From Candidatus Yanofskybacteria bacterium RIFCSPHIGHO2_01_FULL_44_22 (lineage in GTDB: Bacteria > Patescibacteriota > Minisyncoccia > 2-02-FULL-40-12 > GWA2-44-9), in contig MGJJ01000019.1 in the NCBI GenBank assembly GCA_001794205.1, forward strand, positions 1,353 to 65,352: a DNA stretch of 64,000 bases. The letters run 5' to 3'. Under the pieces are notes generated by a model. The model ran no database searches, had not been told where the DNA came from, and worked only from the letters and a program-made list of their open reading frames with translations. The translations under genes and the position numbers were made by a program. Positions 46,154 to 55,977 of the stretch are shown here, piece by piece (the first letter of the stretch is position 1; each line of letters opens with the position of its first letter).

Positions 46154-47287
46154 ATGGCTTATCGAATTTTACTTGCAGGAGGAGGCACGGGCGGGCATGT
46201 TTTTCCTTTAATGGCCGTGGCTGATGCGTTAAAAGAGAAAGCCGGACAGAACGGGGTTGATTTGGAATTATTAGTCATCGGTGGGGGTCAATTTTTTGAA
46301 CAAGCAGCCGTTGAACGGGGATTGGCGTTCAAAGAAATATTGGCCGGCAAATTAAGACGCTATGTCAGCCCGCTTACGATTTTAGATATTCTAAAAATGC
46401 CGGTAGGTTTTTGTCAGTCATTGTGGCATGTTTTTCGATTTATGCCCGACGCAATTCTTGCCAAAGGGGGATATGCTTCTTTGGCGCCGGCTCTTATCGG
46501 CAGACTGTTTTTTATTCCTTTGTTCATTCACGAATCCGATTCCGTGCCCGGTTTAACCAATAAGATATTGGGCAAACTTGCCAAGACGGTTTTCGTTTCT
46601 TTTCAATCAACGGAAAAATATTTCAAAGTCGGCAAAGCGGTTTTAACCGGCAATCCCGTCAGAAAAGAAGTCTTGGGCGGCAATCATGAAGAAGGATTGA
46701 ATTTTTTCAAACTAAAACCGGAAATGAAGACGGTTCTAATTTTGGGCGGCAGCCAAGGCGCCCAAACCGTCAACAGGATAATTTTTGATTCATTGGTAAT
46801 GTTGACGAAAAATTTTCAAATTATTCACCAATGCGGCGCCGGCCAAGAGCAGTCGGTAAGAACGGAAACGGAAAAAATCATCAAGGAGGGCGAGGGCAAA
46901 TATGCCGATGCCATTCGCTCTAATTATCGGCTGTTTCCTTTTCTTGAAGCCGAACAAATAAAATCGGCTTATGCGGCCTGCGATGTCGTGATTTCGCGGG
47001 CCGGCGCCGGTTCAATATTTGAAATTGCCGCAGTCGGCAAACCGGCGATTCTTATTCCGATTGCCAATTCCAGCTCCGACCACCAATTGGCCAATGCTCG
47101 GGAATTTTCCGCCTTCGGCGCGGTGGTTGTGGAAGAAGACAATTTGACGCCGCATATTTTGCTCAATCAAGCTCAGTCGCTGCTCGAAGATGGAAATTAC
47201 AAAAAAATCAGTGAGAAGATTAAAAGTTTTGCCAAACCCGATGCGGCTGTTCAAATCACCAAAATGATGCTATCACACATAACGTAA
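46154..47287 (+). CDS. murG: Undecaprenyldiphospho-muramoylpentapeptide GlcNAc transferase
   Basis: GGGTGGH, KGGYAS, HESD..PG.TN, GNPVR, GGSQGA, RAGAGSIFE, HQLANA. Confidence 0.97.
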   Translation: MAYRILLAGGGTGGHVFPLMAVADALKEKAGQNGVDLELLVIGGGQFFEQAAVERGLAFKEILAGKLRRYVSPLTILDILKMPVGFCQSLWHVFRFMPDAILAKGGYASLAPALIGRLFFIPLFIHESDSVPGLTNKILGKLAKTVFVSFQSTEKYFKVGKAVLTGNPVRKEVLGGNHEEGLNFFKLKPEMKTVLILGGSQGAQTVNRIIFDSLVMLTKNFQIIHQCGAGQEQSVRTETEKIIKEGEGKYADAIRSNYRLFPFLEAEQIKSAYAACDVVISRAGAGSIFEIAAVGKPAILIPIANSSSDHQLANAREFSAFGAVVVEEDNLTPHILLNQAQSLLEDGNYKKISEKIKSFAKPDAAVQITKMMLSHIT

Positions 47288-47314
47288 TATTCTTAATTCT
47301 AAATTCTTTTCATA

Positions 47315-48151
47315 ATGTGGTCGGCCATCGGACACGAGAAAAACAAAAAATATTTTGAAAATATCATTAACAATGGTTTTTTGTCGCACGCTTATCTTTT
47401 TACCGGCCAAGAAATGACCGGAAAGAAGAAATTTGCCGAAGATTTATGCGCTGCCCTAAACAATCGGCCGAATTCAAATAATCCGGATTTCAAAGGGGTT
47501 TATCCGCGTTTTTCCGAAGGGGAAACAAAAATTTACATTGAAGACATGCGAGAGATAAAATCTTTCTTGTCTTTGAGGCCCTATTACGGTCCGTATAAAT
47601 TCGTTTTGATTGACGATGCCGACCGGCTTACCGATGAGGCCGCCAACGCGTTTTTGAAAACACTGGAAGAACCACTCGGCAATTCTATTTTGTTTTTGAT
47701 AACTTCAAAACCGGATTCCCTTTTGCCGACTATATCGTCTCGCTGTCAGCCGGTCAGATTTTTTCCGCAGACCGACAAGCAAATTGCCGATTTTATCTCC
47801 GCCAATTATGAACTTAACGGAAACGATGCCGATTTTGTCCGTAAGCTGGCCGGAGGCCGCCTTGGCTGGATAAAGAATGTTCTGGGCGGCGGCAACCTGG
47901 AAACAATCAAAAAAAACATAGACGATTTTCAAAAAATTTTAAAACAGGGGATTTTTGAAAAAATCCAGTTTGCCAAGAAAATTCACGAGAACGGGAATTA
48001 TGTTGCCTTGGCCGGTCAGTGGCTTGATTGGGCTTATTCGTTTGGCGCCGGCAAGAAAACGCTTAGGGGACTTTTAAAATTAAACCGTTTTCTCTCCCAG
48101 CCCCAATTCAATCATCGCCTCGTGTTGGAAAATTTCTTGGTGAATATATAA
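47315..48151 (+). CDS. holB: DNA polymerase III subunit delta'
   Basis: HAYLFTG...GK, NPDF, IDDADRLTDEAANAFLKTLEEP, LLPTISSRCQ. Confidence 0.92.
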   Translation: MWSAIGHEKNKKYFENIINNGFLSHAYLFTGQEMTGKKKFAEDLCAALNNRPNSNNPDFKGVYPRFSEGETKIYIEDMREIKSFLSLRPYYGPYKFVLIDDADRLTDEAANAFLKTLEEPLGNSILFLITSKPDSLLPTISSRCQPVRFFPQTDKQIADFISANYELNGNDADFVRKLAGGRLGWIKNVLGGGNLETIKKNIDDFQKILKQGIFEKIQFAKKIHENGNYVALAGQWLDWAYSFGAGKKTLRGLLKLNRFLSQPQFNHRLVLENFLVNI

Positions 48152-48198
48152 TTATTACAGTTATTACAGGTCCGACCTGTAATAGAGACCTGTAATAG
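48152..48198. repeat. Short palindrome with flanking partial copies (REP-like)
   Basis: TATTACAGGTC-C-GACCTGTAATA (48162-48184), plus half-copies TTATTACAG and GACCTGTAATAG. Confidence 0.75.
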
Positions 48199-48208
48199 AC
48201 AGAAAAAT

Positions 48209-48237
48209 TTGCGTTTTTATCCATTATTGGTTACACT
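48209..48237 (+). promoter_or_regulatory. Sigma70-type promoter
   Basis: TTGCGT-17 nt-TACACT. Confidence 0.55.
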
Positions 48238-48275
48238 GGTGATTAATTCGTTGTTTGTCAAAAAGGAGATTAATT

Positions 48276-48440
48276 GTGAATAAGAAAAGTATCACAAGAA
48301 ATATCAAAAAAACGAAAAATCTCGGAAAAACGCTGAAACAAAAAGACCTTAAAGTTATAATAGAATTAGTCAGGCGGGTCGTTGAATTCAAGAAATTGCA
48401 GAAGGAATTGAGGCAGGCAGGCAAAAAGCCGAAAACATAG
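48276..48440 (+). CDS. Small, highly basic orphan protein (54 aa)
   Basis: SD AAGGAG 7 nt before GTG; upstream promoter; terminator TATCCC-GAA-GGGATA-T7 directly after the stop. Confidence 0.55.
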   Translation: MNKKSITRNIKKTKNLGKTLKQKDLKVIIELVRRVVEFKKLQKELRQAGKKPKT

Positions 48441-48518
48441 TATCCCGAAGGGGATATTTTTTATTCAGTTATCTATTGCCCATTAGCCATCGGTGTTTTT
48501 TTATGCTACCCTATCATC

Positions 48519-49076
48519 ATGGCTTATAAAGATTTAATCAACCGGCGAAAAAAAGATTTTGACGGTGTTTTAGAATTCGCCAAAAATGAAGCGGCGGGGA
48601 TAAGGACCAGCCGGGCCAGCTCATCATTGGTTGAAGACATTCAGGTTGATTATCTCGGTTCGCGGTTAAAAATTAAGGAATTGGCCGCGATAAACATTCC
48701 CGAACCGCGGTCAATTTTAATCCAGCCGTGGGACAAGGGTGCCATTCCGGCAATAGAAAAAGGAATCAGAGATAGCTCATTGGGTTTAAATCCCATTATT
48801 GATTCCGGCGGCATCAGATTAAATTTGCCGATGCTTACCGAGGAAAGACGGCAGGAATTCATAAAGCTGTTGAAACAGAAAATGGAGGAAGCCCGGATTA
48901 AAATCCGTCAAATCAGGGAAGATATTCTGAAAAAGGTTCAATCGGAAATCCGCGAGAAAAAAGCCGCCGAAGACGATGTTTTCCGGGCCAAAGACGAGTT
49001 GCAGAAAATCATTGATGACTTAAATAAAAAAATAGACGAACTGTTCAAGAAAAAAGAACAAGAGTTGCTTCAGTAA
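48519..49076 (+). CDS. frr: Ribosome recycling factor
   Basis: IRTSRA, IQPWDK, LGLNP, P.LTEERR. Confidence 0.96.
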   Translation: MAYKDLINRRKKDFDGVLEFAKNEAAGIRTSRASSSLVEDIQVDYLGSRLKIKELAAINIPEPRSILIQPWDKGAIPAIEKGIRDSSLGLNPIIDSGGIRLNLPMLTEERRQEFIKLLKQKMEEARIKIRQIREDILKKVQSEIREKKAAEDDVFRAKDELQKIIDDLNKKIDELFKKKEQELLQ

Positions 49077-50161
49077 TGATTACCGCTGTTATTTTCATAA
49101 TCGTCATAAGTATTCTGATTTTTGTCCACGAGTTTGGGCATTTTCTTTTTGCCAAAAGAGCCGGAATGAGAGTAGAGGAATTCGGATTCGGTTTTCCGCC
49201 CCGGCTGTTTGGAATTAAAAAAGGCGGAACCGTTTATTCCATAAATCTGATTCCGTTCGGAGGATTCGTAAAAATTTTGGGCGAGGGCGGAGAACGGGCG
49301 GATGACCCGGAAAGTTTTGCCGCCAAGCCGATTCGGTCGCGTTTGGCCGTCGTGGTTGCCGGCGTGACGATGAATTTTCTTTTGGCCGCCGTCCTTTTGA
49401 TGTTCGGCAATTTTCTGGGCTTGAGAATCGGTCTTATTGACGGCCTGTTTGCCGCCGATAAAGTCAGCGATAAGAAAATCCAGATAATTCAAATTGCCCA
49501 GAACAGTCCGGCTCAAAAGGCCGACCTTCGCTTGCTTGACGAAATCACCGGCTTTAAAAAAGACGGCGCCGCCGGCCCATTTTCTTCGGTAAAAGAAGTT
49601 CAGGATTTCGTTTCAGCCAGCGCCGGCGGCCGGGCAGTTCTTCTGCTCAAGCGCGGCGGACAGATTCTGGAAAAAGAAATTGAACCACGGGCCAATCCTC
49701 CGGAAGGAGAAGGGGCTTTGGGTATTTCTTTGGCCATGACCGGCGTCGTGTCCTATCCCTGGTATGAATCGGTCTGGCGGGGGATTTACGATGCGGTGAT
49801 ACTTACCTTGAATACGGCGCTTGGGTATTGGTCTTTAATTAAAAACTTGTTGTTCAACGGCAAGTTGATGGCTGACGTTTCGGGGCCGCTCGGCATTGCT
49901 TCGCTGACCGGCCAGGCCGCCAGAATAGGCTTTAATTATTTGCTCCAGTTTGTCGCCATGATTTCCGTTAATTTAGCCGTTTTGAATCTTATTCCGTTTC
50001 CGGCGCTGGACGGCGGCCGGGCTTTGTTTTTGATTTTAGAAAAAATAAAAGGTACGGCCCTTAACCGGAAAATTGAAAATATGGCTAACGCAATCGGTTT
50101 CACCCTTTTGATTGCCTTAATGATTTATGTGACAATTAAAGACATAATCAGGTTTTTATAA
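49076..50161 (+). CDS. rseP: Site-2 protease RseP (M50) with PDZ domain
   Basis: HEFGH, GFPP, P.GGFV, AGV.MN, NLIPFPALDGG. Confidence 0.95.
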   Translation: MITAVIFIIVISILIFVHEFGHFLFAKRAGMRVEEFGFGFPPRLFGIKKGGTVYSINLIPFGGFVKILGEGGERADDPESFAAKPIRSRLAVVVAGVTMNFLLAAVLLMFGNFLGLRIGLIDGLFAADKVSDKKIQIIQIAQNSPAQKADLRLLDEITGFKKDGAAGPFSSVKEVQDFVSASAGGRAVLLLKRGGQILEKEIEPRANPPEGEGALGISLAMTGVVSYPWYESVWRGIYDAVILTLNTALGYWSLIKNLLFNGKLMADVSGPLGIASLTGQAARIGFNYLLQFVAMISVNLAVLNLIPFPALDGGRALFLILEKIKGTALNRKIENMANAIGFTLLIALMIYVTIKDIIRFL

Positions 50162-50163
50162 AA

Positions 50164-51459
50164 ATGCGTTTTTCCGGTCTTTTCACCAAAACACTGCGCG
50201 AAATTCCCGCCGAGGAAACGGCAAAAAACGCCCAACTTTTGTTGCGGGGAGGTTTTGTGTTTAAAAACTCCGCCGGCGTTTATTCTTTTCTGCCTTTAGG
50301 CTGGCGGGTGATGTCCAAGGTCATCAAAATTATCCGAGAAGAAATGAATGCCATCGGCGGACAAGAAATGTTTATGCCGGCTCTGGTGGAGAAAAAATAT
50401 TTGGAAGCGACCAATCGCTGGAATCTTGATGTCGGATTTGATGTAGTAACCAAAAAGAATCCGGATGCCGATTCGACGGGCTCACGGCAAGCCGGTTTTG
50501 CTCTCGGTTGGACGCATGAAGAAGTTTTAACGGCCATTGCTTCCAAATACGTCAGTTCTTACAAAGACCTGCCTTTTGCCGCTTATCAGCTTCAAACGAA
50601 ATTCAGGAACGAAGCGCGGGCCAAATCCGGCCTTTTGCGCGGTCGGGAGTTTATGATGAAAGATTTGTACAGTTTTCACGCCGATGAAAAAGACCTGTTT
50701 GATTACTACGAAAAGGTCAAAGAAGCTTATATGAAGATTTTTGAACGCTGCCATCTGCGGGCGATTTATACCGTAGCCGGCGGCGGAGCCTTTACCATAA
50801 GCAATACCCACGAGTTTCAAATTTTGTCGGATGTGGGCGAAGACACGATTTTAATCTGCTCCCAATGCGAGTATGCCGAAAATAGCGAGATTACAAAATT
50901 AAAAGAGAAAGACGAATGTCCAAAATGTGGCGGCGGCATGTTTGAAGCAAAGGCGATTGAGGCGGGAAATATTTTTCCCTTGGGAACCAAATATTCCGAA
51001 GCGATGGATTTGAAGTTTGTTGATGAAAAAGGAGAAAAGAAATATGTCGTAATGGGTTCTTATGGTATCGGCGTGAGCCGTTTGATGGCAGTGATAGCGG
51101 AAATCCACAATGACGAGAAGGGCATTATCTGGCCGGAAAATGTTGCTCCGTTCAACGCCCACTTGATAACATTATTTGGCAAAGATAATGACTTTCAAGA
51201 AGATGTTAAGAAGAAAGCCGAAAAACTTTATGAAGATTTAAATAAAAACGGCATAGAAGTTTTATTTGATGACCGGAAAGACAAAAGTCCGGGAGAAAAA
51301 TTAGCTGATGCAGATTTAATTGGCTGCCCGTACAGATTAATAGTCAGTCCAAATACCATAAGTGCGGCTTTATGCGAAGTGAAAAAACGCGCGAATAAAA
51401 AACCGGAGAAGCTCTCAGATTTTCAAAACGTCGAACAATTAATAAAATATATGAAGTAA
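50164..51459 (+). CDS. proS: Proline--tRNA ligase (short form, no editing domain)
   Basis: THEE, QTKFRNEAR...GLLRGREF.MKDLYSF, IEAGNIF.LGTKYS, MGSYGIGVSR. Confidence 0.96.
   Translation: MRFSGLFTKTLREIPAEETAKNAQLLLRGGFVFKNSAGVYSFLPLGWRVMSKVIKIIREEMNAIGGQEMFMPALVEKKYLEATNRWNLDVGFDVVTKKNPDADSTGSRQAGFALGWTHEEVLTAIASKYVSSYKDLPFAAYQLQTKFRNEARAKSGLLRGREFMMKDLYSFHADEKDLFDYYEKVKEAYMKIFERCHLRAIYTVAGGGAFTISNTHEFQILSDVGEDTILICSQCEYAENSEITKLKEKDECPKCGGGMFEAKAIEAGNIFPLGTKYSEAMDLKFVDEKGEKKYVVMGSYGIGVSRLMAVIAEIHNDEKGIIWPENVAPFNAHLITLFGKDNDFQEDVKKKAEKLYEDLNKNGIEVLFDDRKDKSPGEKLADADLIGCPYRLIVSPNTISAALCEVKKRANKKPEKLSDFQNVEQLIKYMK
50467..50497 (+). repeat. 24-bp in-frame repeat unit in proS
   Basis: GCCGATTCGACGGGCTCACGGCAA followed by GCCGGTT; encodes ADSTGSRQ. 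Confidence 0.8.
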
Positions 51460-51489
51460 ATCAAAAATCCCCTCAGGGGATTTTTGATT
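51459..51489. terminator. Intrinsic terminator after proS
   Basis: AATCAAAAATCCCC-TCA-GGGGATTTTTGATT. Confidence 0.8.
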
Positions 51490-51510
51490 GTTGACAATGA
51501 TTTTGCTATG

Positions 51511-51534
51511 TTAGTATATCAATTAGTATATCAA
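51511..51534 (+). repeat. 12-bp perfect tandem duplication upstream of mreB
   Basis: TTAGTATATCAA x2, ending 1 nt before the ATG. Confidence 0.8.
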
Positions 51535-51535
51535 T

Positions 51536-52585
51536 ATGTTTAATAAATTTTTCGGTTTTTGGTCAAAAGACATAGGAATTGATTTGGGTACGGCAAACAC
51601 CCTTGTTTATGTTCGCGGCAAAGGAATAGTCATCAATGAGCCGTCCATAGTCGCCGTTAACCAAAAAACCGGCAAAATTTTAGCAATCGGAAAAGAAGCC
51701 AAAGCGATGGTCGGCCGCACCCCGGGTTATATCGCCATTTTCCGCCCTCTTGTTTCCGGCGTTGTTTCTGATTTCGAAGTGACCGAACAGATGCTCAAAT
51801 ATTTTATCGATAAAGTTCATCAGGACGGTTTTGCCCTTATTCCCCGGCCGCGGGTGGTGATAGGCGTGCCGTCGGGCGTGACGGAAGTGGAGAAAAGAGC
51901 GGTGGAAGACGCGGCTTACAATGCCGGCGCGCGGGAGGTATATCTTATAGAAGAGCCGATGGCGGCGGCAATCGGAGCTCGTTTGCCGGTGCATGAAGCG
52001 GTGGCCAACGTCATCGTGGATATCGGCGGGGGCACGACTGAAGTGGCGGTAATCTCAATGGGCGGGGTAATCGCTTCACGGTCTTTGCGGATTGCCGGCG
52101 ACAAACTTAACGAAGACATTCTGCGCTATATGCGGGAAGAAAAAAAATTATTAATCGGCGAAGCCACTGCCGAGCAGCTTAAATGTTCTCTTGGTTCGGC
52201 GTTTGCTTTGGACGAAGAACTTGAGGGCCGTGTTCGGGGGCGGGATTTGATTTCCGGTCTGCCAAAAGAAATGACGGTGTCTTCCGAAGAATTGCGGGAA
52301 GCGATGGAAAGGTCGGTCGGCGCCATAGTTTTAGCCGTTAAAAACACTATCGAAGAAACTCCGCCGGAACTTACGGCCGACCTGTTCAATAGACACATTT
52401 TTCTTGCCGGCGGGGGAGCGCTGTTGAGGGGACTGGATAAACATATCGCCGAAGAAACCAAATTATTCGTTAAAATTGTCGATGACCCCTTGGCGGCGGT
52501 GGCGCGAGGCTGCGGTTTTGTCCTTGAAAATGTCGGTCAATTAAAGTCGGTTCTTGTTTCAACCCAAAAAGACGAATTCATATGA
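51536..52585 (+). CDS. mreB: Rod shape-determining actin-like protein MreB
   Basis: IDLGTANT, EPMAAAIGA, VDIGGGTTE, AGGGALL. Confidence 0.98.
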   Translation: MFNKFFGFWSKDIGIDLGTANTLVYVRGKGIVINEPSIVAVNQKTGKILAIGKEAKAMVGRTPGYIAIFRPLVSGVVSDFEVTEQMLKYFIDKVHQDGFALIPRPRVVIGVPSGVTEVEKRAVEDAAYNAGAREVYLIEEPMAAAIGARLPVHEAVANVIVDIGGGTTEVAVISMGGVIASRSLRIAGDKLNEDILRYMREEKKLLIGEATAEQLKCSLGSAFALDEELEGRVRGRDLISGLPKEMTVSSEELREAMERSVGAIVLAVKNTIEETPPELTADLFNRHIFLAGGGALLRGLDKHIAEETKLFVKIVDDPLAAVARGCGFVLENVGQLKSVLVSTQKDEFI

Positions 52586-53400
52586 GTCGTTTTTCCGCCG
52601 GAAACCAAACTTTTTTTTATTTGTTTGCAACTGCAACGGCAGTTATTTTTTTAATCAAATTTATTTTCGGCGGATATGATTTTTTGTATCCTGATTTCGC
52701 AGAGGGATATTTTTCGGCGGCTTGGAGCAAGCTGGAAATTTTTAAAAAAATTTCAACCGAAGCTCTGAAATGGCGGGAACTGGCAAATGAAAACGAAGAA
52801 TTGCGGAAACAAAATAAAGAATTGACGCAAAAAACGACGTTAGCCGGCGCGCTGGAAGAGGAAAATAAATTTTTAAGGCGGACGGTCGGGATAACCGCTA
52901 AAATTCCGGGCCGGTTTGTTTTGGGCGGCATATATAATTTAAACTTAACCCCGTCGGATTATAATGTTTTGCTGAATCGGGGTTCAAAAAACGGGGTTTC
53001 GGAAGGCGATATTGTTATTACGGCTGAAGGAATTTTAGTGGGACAAGTAAAACAAGTTTTTGGCGCTTTCTCAAAACTTTTGTTTATCACCGACCCAGCT
53101 TTTAAAATAAGCGGAAAGATTTCCCGTTCGACCAACTCACGGCAAGCCGGCTCTGAAACTAAGGGGCTGGTTAAGGGCCGGCTCAATGAGGAGCTTTATT
53201 TTGACCTTATAACCAGAAAGGATACCGTAAAAGAAGGCGATTTGGTGGTTTCTTCCGGCGATGACACGTTCCCGCCGGCGTTAATTATCGGAACGGTTTC
53301 TTTCGTTGCGGCAAATGAAACCGGAGTTTTTCAAACCGTTAAAATCAGGCCCGCGGTGAATGGAGAGTCATTAGCCAAAATTTTGATAATGATGAGATGA
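52582..53400 (+). CDS. mreC: Rod shape-determining protein MreC
   Basis: TM, coiled coil (ENEELRKQN), NRGSKNGV.EGD.V...GILVGQV, GD.VVSSG..FP...IG. Confidence 0.9.
   Translation: MSRFSAGNQTFFYLFATATAVIFLIKFIFGGYDFLYPDFAEGYFSAAWSKLEIFKKISTEALKWRELANENEELRKQNKELTQKTTLAGALEEENKFLRRTVGITAKIPGRFVLGGIYNLNLTPSDYNVLLNRGSKNGVSEGDIVITAEGILVGQVKQVFGAFSKLLFITDPAFKISGKISRSTNSRQAGSETKGLVKGRLNEELYFDLITRKDTVKEGDLVVSSGDDTFPPALIIGTVSFVAANETGVFQTVKIRPAVNGESLAKILIMMR
53122..53153 (+). repeat. 24-bp in-frame repeat unit in mreC
   Basis: GTTCGACCAACTCACGGCAAGCCGG (53126-53150) is identical to the ftsQ copies. Confidence 0.85.
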
Positions 53401-53936
53401 AAAATATAAAAATTTTTATTTTGTTTTTTGCCGTCTTTATTCTTGATACGGTCGTAATGCCTGCGCTTTTCAATTTTAAAGAAAATATTGCCGTGTTTCT
53501 GTTGATTTCGGCCTGGCTTGCGGCTAACGCCGGTAGCACTGGAATTTTGGCCGGAGTTTTTATGAGTTTTGGGGCGGAAATCCTGTCCGGAGCCAATCCG
53601 GGCGTTTTTGTCTTATCTTTTTTAGCGGCGGCCCTTATTTTTTTTATTGCGGTCAAGTTCATAATTCTCGGACAAGATGGAATTTTTTCGCATTCCGCCA
53701 GGGTTTATTTTCAAAAATTAATCGTTACTATCGGGATATTTATTGTATTTGCCCTGTTGTCAATTTTAATAAACAACCTGCTTTATGCCGCCAATGGTTA
53801 TTTTTTATTGATATCCGCAATGGCGGTTAACGCCAAAATGATTGTTTACATTATCGTTTGGAGCGCGATTTTTACGGTCTTATTAAACAGAAAGAAGCCA
53901 AATGCCGAATCTCGCTTTCTTAATTCTTTATTCTAA
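53397..53936 (+). CDS. mreD: MreD-like membrane protein
   Basis: Hydrophobic 179-aa ORF between mreC and mrdA; call rests mainly on synteny. Confidence 0.6.
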   Translation: MKNIKIFILFFAVFILDTVVMPALFNFKENIAVFLLISAWLAANAGSTGILAGVFMSFGAEILSGANPGVFVLSFLAAALIFFIAVKFIILGQDGIFSHSARVYFQKLIVTIGIFIVFALLSILINNLLYAANGYFLLISAMAVNAKMIVYIIVWSAIFTVLLNRKKPNAESRFLNSLF

Positions 53937-53950
53937 ATTGTATTCCGCTC

Positions 53951-55882
53951 ATGTTTTTAAAACGTTCAACTTATTCACTCGAAATAAATCAGGACGATTG
54001 GGCCTCGCCGGAAGAAACCCTGCTTGATGCCGGCAGTGATTATGCCGACCTGGAAAAACCGATTCCCGATTTTTATTTTAAGTTCATCGCCGTTGCCACT
54101 CTGATTCTTTTCTTCGCGGTTGCGGCTTTGTCTTTTAATTTAAGCGTTTTCAAACATGATAATTTTGAAAAAATTGCCGCTCAAAATAAATCGGTAAGTT
54201 TTGCCGTATCTCCTCCGCGCGGCGCAATTTTTGACCGGCTTGGTCGGTCTCTTACGGAAAATGTTCCAAGTTTTGGTCTCTTGGCGGTTTCCCGCGAATT
54301 AAAAAATTCTGTTCCGGAAGAGGCCAATCTTGAAAAATTGGCCCAAATATTAAAATTTTCCGCGGAAAATTTTGAAAAGACGATTTCTGACGGCAGTAAA
54401 ACCAACTCTGTCTTTTTTGTCGCCGCCGACCTTAATAAAGAACAAATTTTAGCCGTTGAAAACGGAATTTTTAAAGGATTTCATATTATTCCCGACTTAA
54501 AACGCCGATATGTTGACGGCAAGCAATTTGCCCACATTATTGGTTATGTCGGAAAGGTTAATGGAAATGACCTGCGCCGGGACGCTTACTATGAATCGGT
54601 TGATTTTATGGGCCGGACCGGGATTGAAGCGGAATATGAAAAAATTCTGCGGGGCGAACATGGCCGGCTTCTTTTTGACGGCGGCGTGGAGAACGGAAAA
54701 ATAGTAAATCGGGAAACCTCTGCCGGCAGCAATTTGGTGTTGAATATAGATTACGCTTTGCAGAAAAAACTTTATAACGAGACCTATAATATTTTAGCGG
54801 CTAACGGCTTGGCTAAAGCGGCAGCCGTAATTCAAAACCCGCAAAACGGAGCGGTGCTGGCCCTGGTCAGTTTTCCGGATTACGATAATAATGATTTTGC
54901 GGCCGGCCTTTCTGACCGGGAAGCGGACAGTATTTTAAAAAACAAGAATCAGCCTCTTTTTAACAGGGTTATCGGCGGATTGTACAATCCCGGCTCGACA
55001 ATAAAACCCTTAATGGGTTTAATGGCGCTTGAAGAAAAGATTTTCGCGCCGCAAGACAATATCAGAGATTGCGTCAGCCTTACCGTTCCCAATCCTTTTG
55101 ACGCCGATTCTCCTTACGTCTTTAAAAATTGGCGCTCGGAATCGGGTCTTTTTAACTTGCGCAAAGCGATTGCCAATTCCTGCAACATTTATTTTTTCAT
55201 TGCCGGCGGAGGCCATAAAAGCATAAAAGGTTTGGGCGTGGAAAGAATCACAAAATATTTAACAGCCAGTCTGGCGGCCCAACAACTCGGCATTGATTTG
55301 CCGGGCGAGGAAGCCGGTTTTATTCCCGGTCCCGATTGGAAATTGGCCGAAAAACGCGAAAGCTGGTATTTGGGAGACACCTACAATATTTCAATAGGTC
55401 AGGGCGACCTGTTGATTTCACCTCTCTGGCTAAACAGTTATATTTCGGCCATTGGCAACGGGGGCACTTTTTATAAACCGCAAACGGCCCAACGGATTCT
55501 TGATGCCAACAAAAATACAATTCAGATTTTCCAACCGGAGAAAATAGGTCAGCTTCAGTTTAAACAGGACAATATCCTGGAAATTAAAAGCGATATGGAA
55601 GAAACGGTTCTTTCCGGAACGGCCAAAGCGCTTCGTGATTTGCCGGTGCGGGCCGGCGCCAAAACCGGCACGGCCGAAGTGGTGAAAAATAAAAAAATCA
55701 ATTCTTTGTTTTCCGCGTTTGCTCCGTGGGAAAATCCGGAAATTGCCATTACGGTCCTCGTTGAAGATGCCGCCTCAAACCAGGGTTTAGCGGTTCAGAT
55801 AGCCCACAATGTTTTGAAATGGTATTTCGGGCAATTCTTACCGCAACCGGTTGAATCCTCACCGGTCTCGGAATCCCATTAA
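53951..55882 (+). CDS. mrdA: Class B penicillin-binding protein (PBP2)
   Basis: PRGAIFDR, R.Y, GRTGIE, PGSTIKP (SxxK), SCN, KTGTAE; in the mre cluster. Confidence 0.92.
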   Translation: MFLKRSTYSLEINQDDWASPEETLLDAGSDYADLEKPIPDFYFKFIAVATLILFFAVAALSFNLSVFKHDNFEKIAAQNKSVSFAVSPPRGAIFDRLGRSLTENVPSFGLLAVSRELKNSVPEEANLEKLAQILKFSAENFEKTISDGSKTNSVFFVAADLNKEQILAVENGIFKGFHIIPDLKRRYVDGKQFAHIIGYVGKVNGNDLRRDAYYESVDFMGRTGIEAEYEKILRGEHGRLLFDGGVENGKIVNRETSAGSNLVLNIDYALQKKLYNETYNILAANGLAKAAAVIQNPQNGAVLALVSFPDYDNNDFAAGLSDREADSILKNKNQPLFNRVIGGLYNPGSTIKPLMGLMALEEKIFAPQDNIRDCVSLTVPNPFDADSPYVFKNWRSESGLFNLRKAIANSCNIYFFIAGGGHKSIKGLGVERITKYLTASLAAQQLGIDLPGEEAGFIPGPDWKLAEKRESWYLGDTYNISIGQGDLLISPLWLNSYISAIGNGGTFYKPQTAQRILDANKNTIQIFQPEKIGQLQFKQDNILEIKSDMEETVLSGTAKALRDLPVRAGAKTGTAEVVKNKKINSLFSAFAPWENPEIAITVLVEDAASNQGLAVQIAHNVLKWYFGQFLPQPVESSPVSESH

Positions 55883-55977
55883 ATTTGCGCTTCCATTCCG
55901 TTTGTGTTAAATTAACTTCTTATTATCTGCCGGAACTGTGCTTGGGCTGCCGGGCAGATGCCAAATAAAACAAAACC

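Noticed and set aside
55925-55959. Hairpin upstream of greA as an attenuator
   Set aside because: Only a 7-bp outer stem (ATCTGCC/GGCAGAT) with no U-tract, which is too weak to call.
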